Assembly (NCBI RefSeq): GCF_001194135.2
Contig: NC_068981.1
Coordinates: 12,179,014-12,220,912, forward strand
DNA length: 41,899 bases
Direction of reading: 5' to 3'
Origin: Octopus bimaculoides
Taxonomy: Eukaryota
Each line of letters opens with the position of its first letter. The first letter of the stretch is position 1. Of this stretch, positions 39,342 through 41,899 are shown piece after piece. The notes beneath the pieces were generated by a model. The model was given only the letters and a program-made list of their open reading frames with translations, had not been told where the DNA came from and did not search any database. The position numbers and the translations under genes are program-made.

Positions 39342-41035
39342 CTTTCTTTTATTAGCCACACAGGGCTGCACAGAGGGGACANNNNNNNNNNNNNNNNNNN
39401 NNNNNNNNNNNNNNNNNNNNNNNNNNNNNNNNNNNNNNNNNNNNNNNNNNNNNNNNNNNNNNNNNNNNNNNNNNNNNNNNNNNNNNNNNNNNNNNNNNNN
39501 NNNNNNNNNNNNNNNNNNNNNNNNNNNNNNNNNNNNNNNNNNNNNNNNNNNNNNNNNNNNNNNNNNNNNNNNNNNNNNNNNNNNNNNNNNNNNNNNNNNN
39601 NNNNNNNNNNNNNNNNNNNNNNNNNNNNNNNNNNNNNNNNNNNNNNNNNNNNNNNNNNNNNNNNNNNNNNNNNNNNNNNNNNNNNNNNNNNNNNNNNNNN
39701 NNNNNNNNNNNNNNNNNNNNNNNNNNNNNNNNNNNNNNNNNNNNNNNNNNNNNNNNNNNNNNNNNNNNNNNNNNNNNNNNNNNNNNNNNNNNNNNNNNNN
39801 NNNNNNNNNNNNNNNNNNNNNNNNNNNNNNNNNNNNNNNNNNNNNNNNNNNNNNNNNNNNNNNNNNNNNNNNNNNNNNNNNNNNNNNNNNNNNNNNNNNN
39901 NNNNNNNNNNNNNNNNNNNNNNNNNNNNNNNNNNNNNNNNNNNNNNNNNNNNNNNNNNNNNNNNNNNNNNNNNNNNNNNNNNNNNNNNNNNNNNNNNNNN
40001 NNNNNNNNNNNNNNNNNNNNNNNNNNNNNNNNNNNNNNNNNNNNNNNNNNNNNNNNNNNNNNNNNNNNNNNNNNNNNNNNNNNNNNNNNNNNNNNNNNNN
40101 NNNNNNNNNNNNNNNNNNNNNNNNNNNNNNNNNNNNNNNNNNNNNNNNNNNNNNNNNNNNNNNNNNNNNNNNNNNNNNNNNNNNNNNNNNNNNNNNNNNN
40201 NNNNNNNNNNNNNNNNNNNNNNNNNNNNNNNNNNNNNNNNNNNNNNNNNNNNNNNNNNNNNNNNNNNNNNNNNNNNNNNNNNNNNNNNNNNNNNNNNNNN
40301 NNNNNNNNNNNNNNNNNNNNNNNTAATGGTTCTCGATAGCACTGCCAGGCCAGGGATCTCTGGTGGTTGTCCATAGGTCCCGGCCCGAAAGTTGTCCTGA
40401 ACAGACGGGTCAGGTGTTCCTCGTCGACGCCCAGATTCTGCCCGAGATCGTCGTCGCACCTCCCCTCTACTAATCCTCTATAGAACGCTTTTGTGGAATC
40501 AAAGTTGCACAAGATTGGTCCCGGACGGCAGAGTTGCTTGAGAGCAGTTTGGTGATGGTAGGGTCGGGGCAAGGCACGACAGCCAGACGGTATTCGATGA
40601 CGGATGCAATGTACGCGTTCGCCACCTCCGCCTGACCTTTTAGGGATAGCTTCCTCTCGGCCCATTGCCGGGTGAGAGTGACCACCCTAGTGGTTATTTG
40701 GCCCCAGTTCTACTCCATTTGGAGGTTCGGACCGAACCAGACTCCGAGCAATTTAACCGGCCCGTCGGTCCAATGTCCCACAGTGGAGACGCTGTTAGAC
40801 GGCATTGGCTTGCTTCTCCAGGTGCCGAGCCGCAAGCCCACTGACTTATCCCGGTTAATTTTTGTTCCCGTTACCGCTTCGTATTCTTTAAGTCTCTCGC
40901 CGACCAGCTCGATGTGCTTTTGGCTCGACACTATGACGGTGACGTCGTCCGCGTATGCAGACACGCTCGTCCCACATCCGAGCTATCGTGGGATGCCCCT
41001 CAGCGTCGCCAGCTTCCGCAGTAGAGGCTCAAGAG
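39341..41035 (-). mobile_element. Tx1/L1-type LINE, RT and 3' end (partly in an N gap)
   Basis: LEPLLRKL..*..SAYADDVTVIV..YEAVTGTKINRDKSVGLRLGTW..KLLGVWFG and KLSLKGQAEVANAYIASVIEYRLAVVPCP are Tx1/L1-type ORF2 motifs. A stop and frameshifts are present. The reverse strand ends ...gtggctAATAAAagaaagt(TATC)n. Confidence 0.9.
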
Positions 41036-41135
41036 NNNNNNNNNNNNNNNNNNNNNNNNNNNNNNNNNNNNNNNNNNNNNNNNNNNNNNNNNNNNNNNNN
41101 NNNNNNNNNNNNNNNNNNNNNNNNNNNNNNNNNNN

Positions 41136-41899
41136 GGTACCACCACCACCCATGTTTGGCAGACAGGGAGAAAATAAATGTCGAATTGTCCGCCAAATAT
41201 GGACTTGAGGCCCCGCGTGTTATTCAGTCTGGTTTCACTGATAGCTATTATTTCTATGTTCTGTGACCTGATGTCATTTAGAAGGTATCCTTGCTTCCAA
41301 GCTGACGCCAAACCACGTACATTTACACAACCTATTTTGAGCATAATTTAGTCGAAAAGCGTAAAGAGACGAGAGAGAAGGTTACTTACTCATTTCGACA
41401 GTTTTACACTGTTCCTCCTTAGAAATGTCTCTGAGTAGGTCTTTGTATAATTTTTTAGAGAGGTATTTTTGGAAACCCTCTACCGCATTTGGATAGAGGG
41501 ATTTGAGTGTGTGGTGCTGTGTTGGTGTCAAATGTGATATTTGTATATGTTCTGGTGGTGTTGTTCTTGGATGATAGTTTGTTTTCAGGTCATCTTCACA
41601 TATGTTTGTGTGATATGCAATATACTCCATTAATTTTATGTCTGTCGTGTTTATGACCGAGAGCATTGTATGCGTTTTTGTGGTGTTGGTGTTGGTGTTA
41701 GTTTGGTTTTGTAAGGGGCTTTCAGGGTTTGTGTACCTCCCTGCTTTGCTTGTGTTTGGTTTTGTCTTTTTTAATCTTTTTCTCTTAACCCCTGTGGCTA
41801 TCTGCCATTCCACTGGACTGTCATCGTTTGACGAAAAGTCCGATAGATCAGAAGGGGGTAAGGGCAAGGCATGAGGTTCTATGCCTGTATTGTGTGTTG
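41136..41899 (-). mobile_element. Tx1/L1-type LINE 5' part: ORF1-like 161 aa plus AP-endonuclease N-terminus
   Basis: ORF 41382-41867 is followed 37 bp later by MLKIGCVNVRGL..IAISETRL (APE motifs NVRGL and ET). A frameshift precedes the GGGG(T) motif. Confidence 0.85.

Overview
AT-rich eukaryotic scaffold full of microsatellites and N gaps, with no intact protein-coding gene I can support. The SINE, MITE and Penelope repeats resemble those of octopus genomes (organism is an inference; none was given). Most of the supplied ORF track is an artefact of microsatellites and Ns. Manual minus-strand translation of the non-repetitive DNA shows cadherin-repeat motifs broken by many stops and frameshifts, from about 0.2-22.4 kb and again about 30.5-38.7 kb. 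The second block ends in a transmembrane-like segment and a cytoplasmic-tail-like segment. I interpret this as two tandem, co-oriented, heavily decayed multi-exon cadherin-domain genes. They carry insertions of tRNA-derived SINEs (at least three families), two foldback MITEs, Penelope-like element fragments (RT and GIY-YIG), CR1-like, R4-like and Tx1-like LINE fragments, and Tc1/mariner fossils. I found no convincing novel molecular system; the fossil cadherin cluster is the most notable observation. All protein-family calls come from reading motifs by eye, not from database searches.
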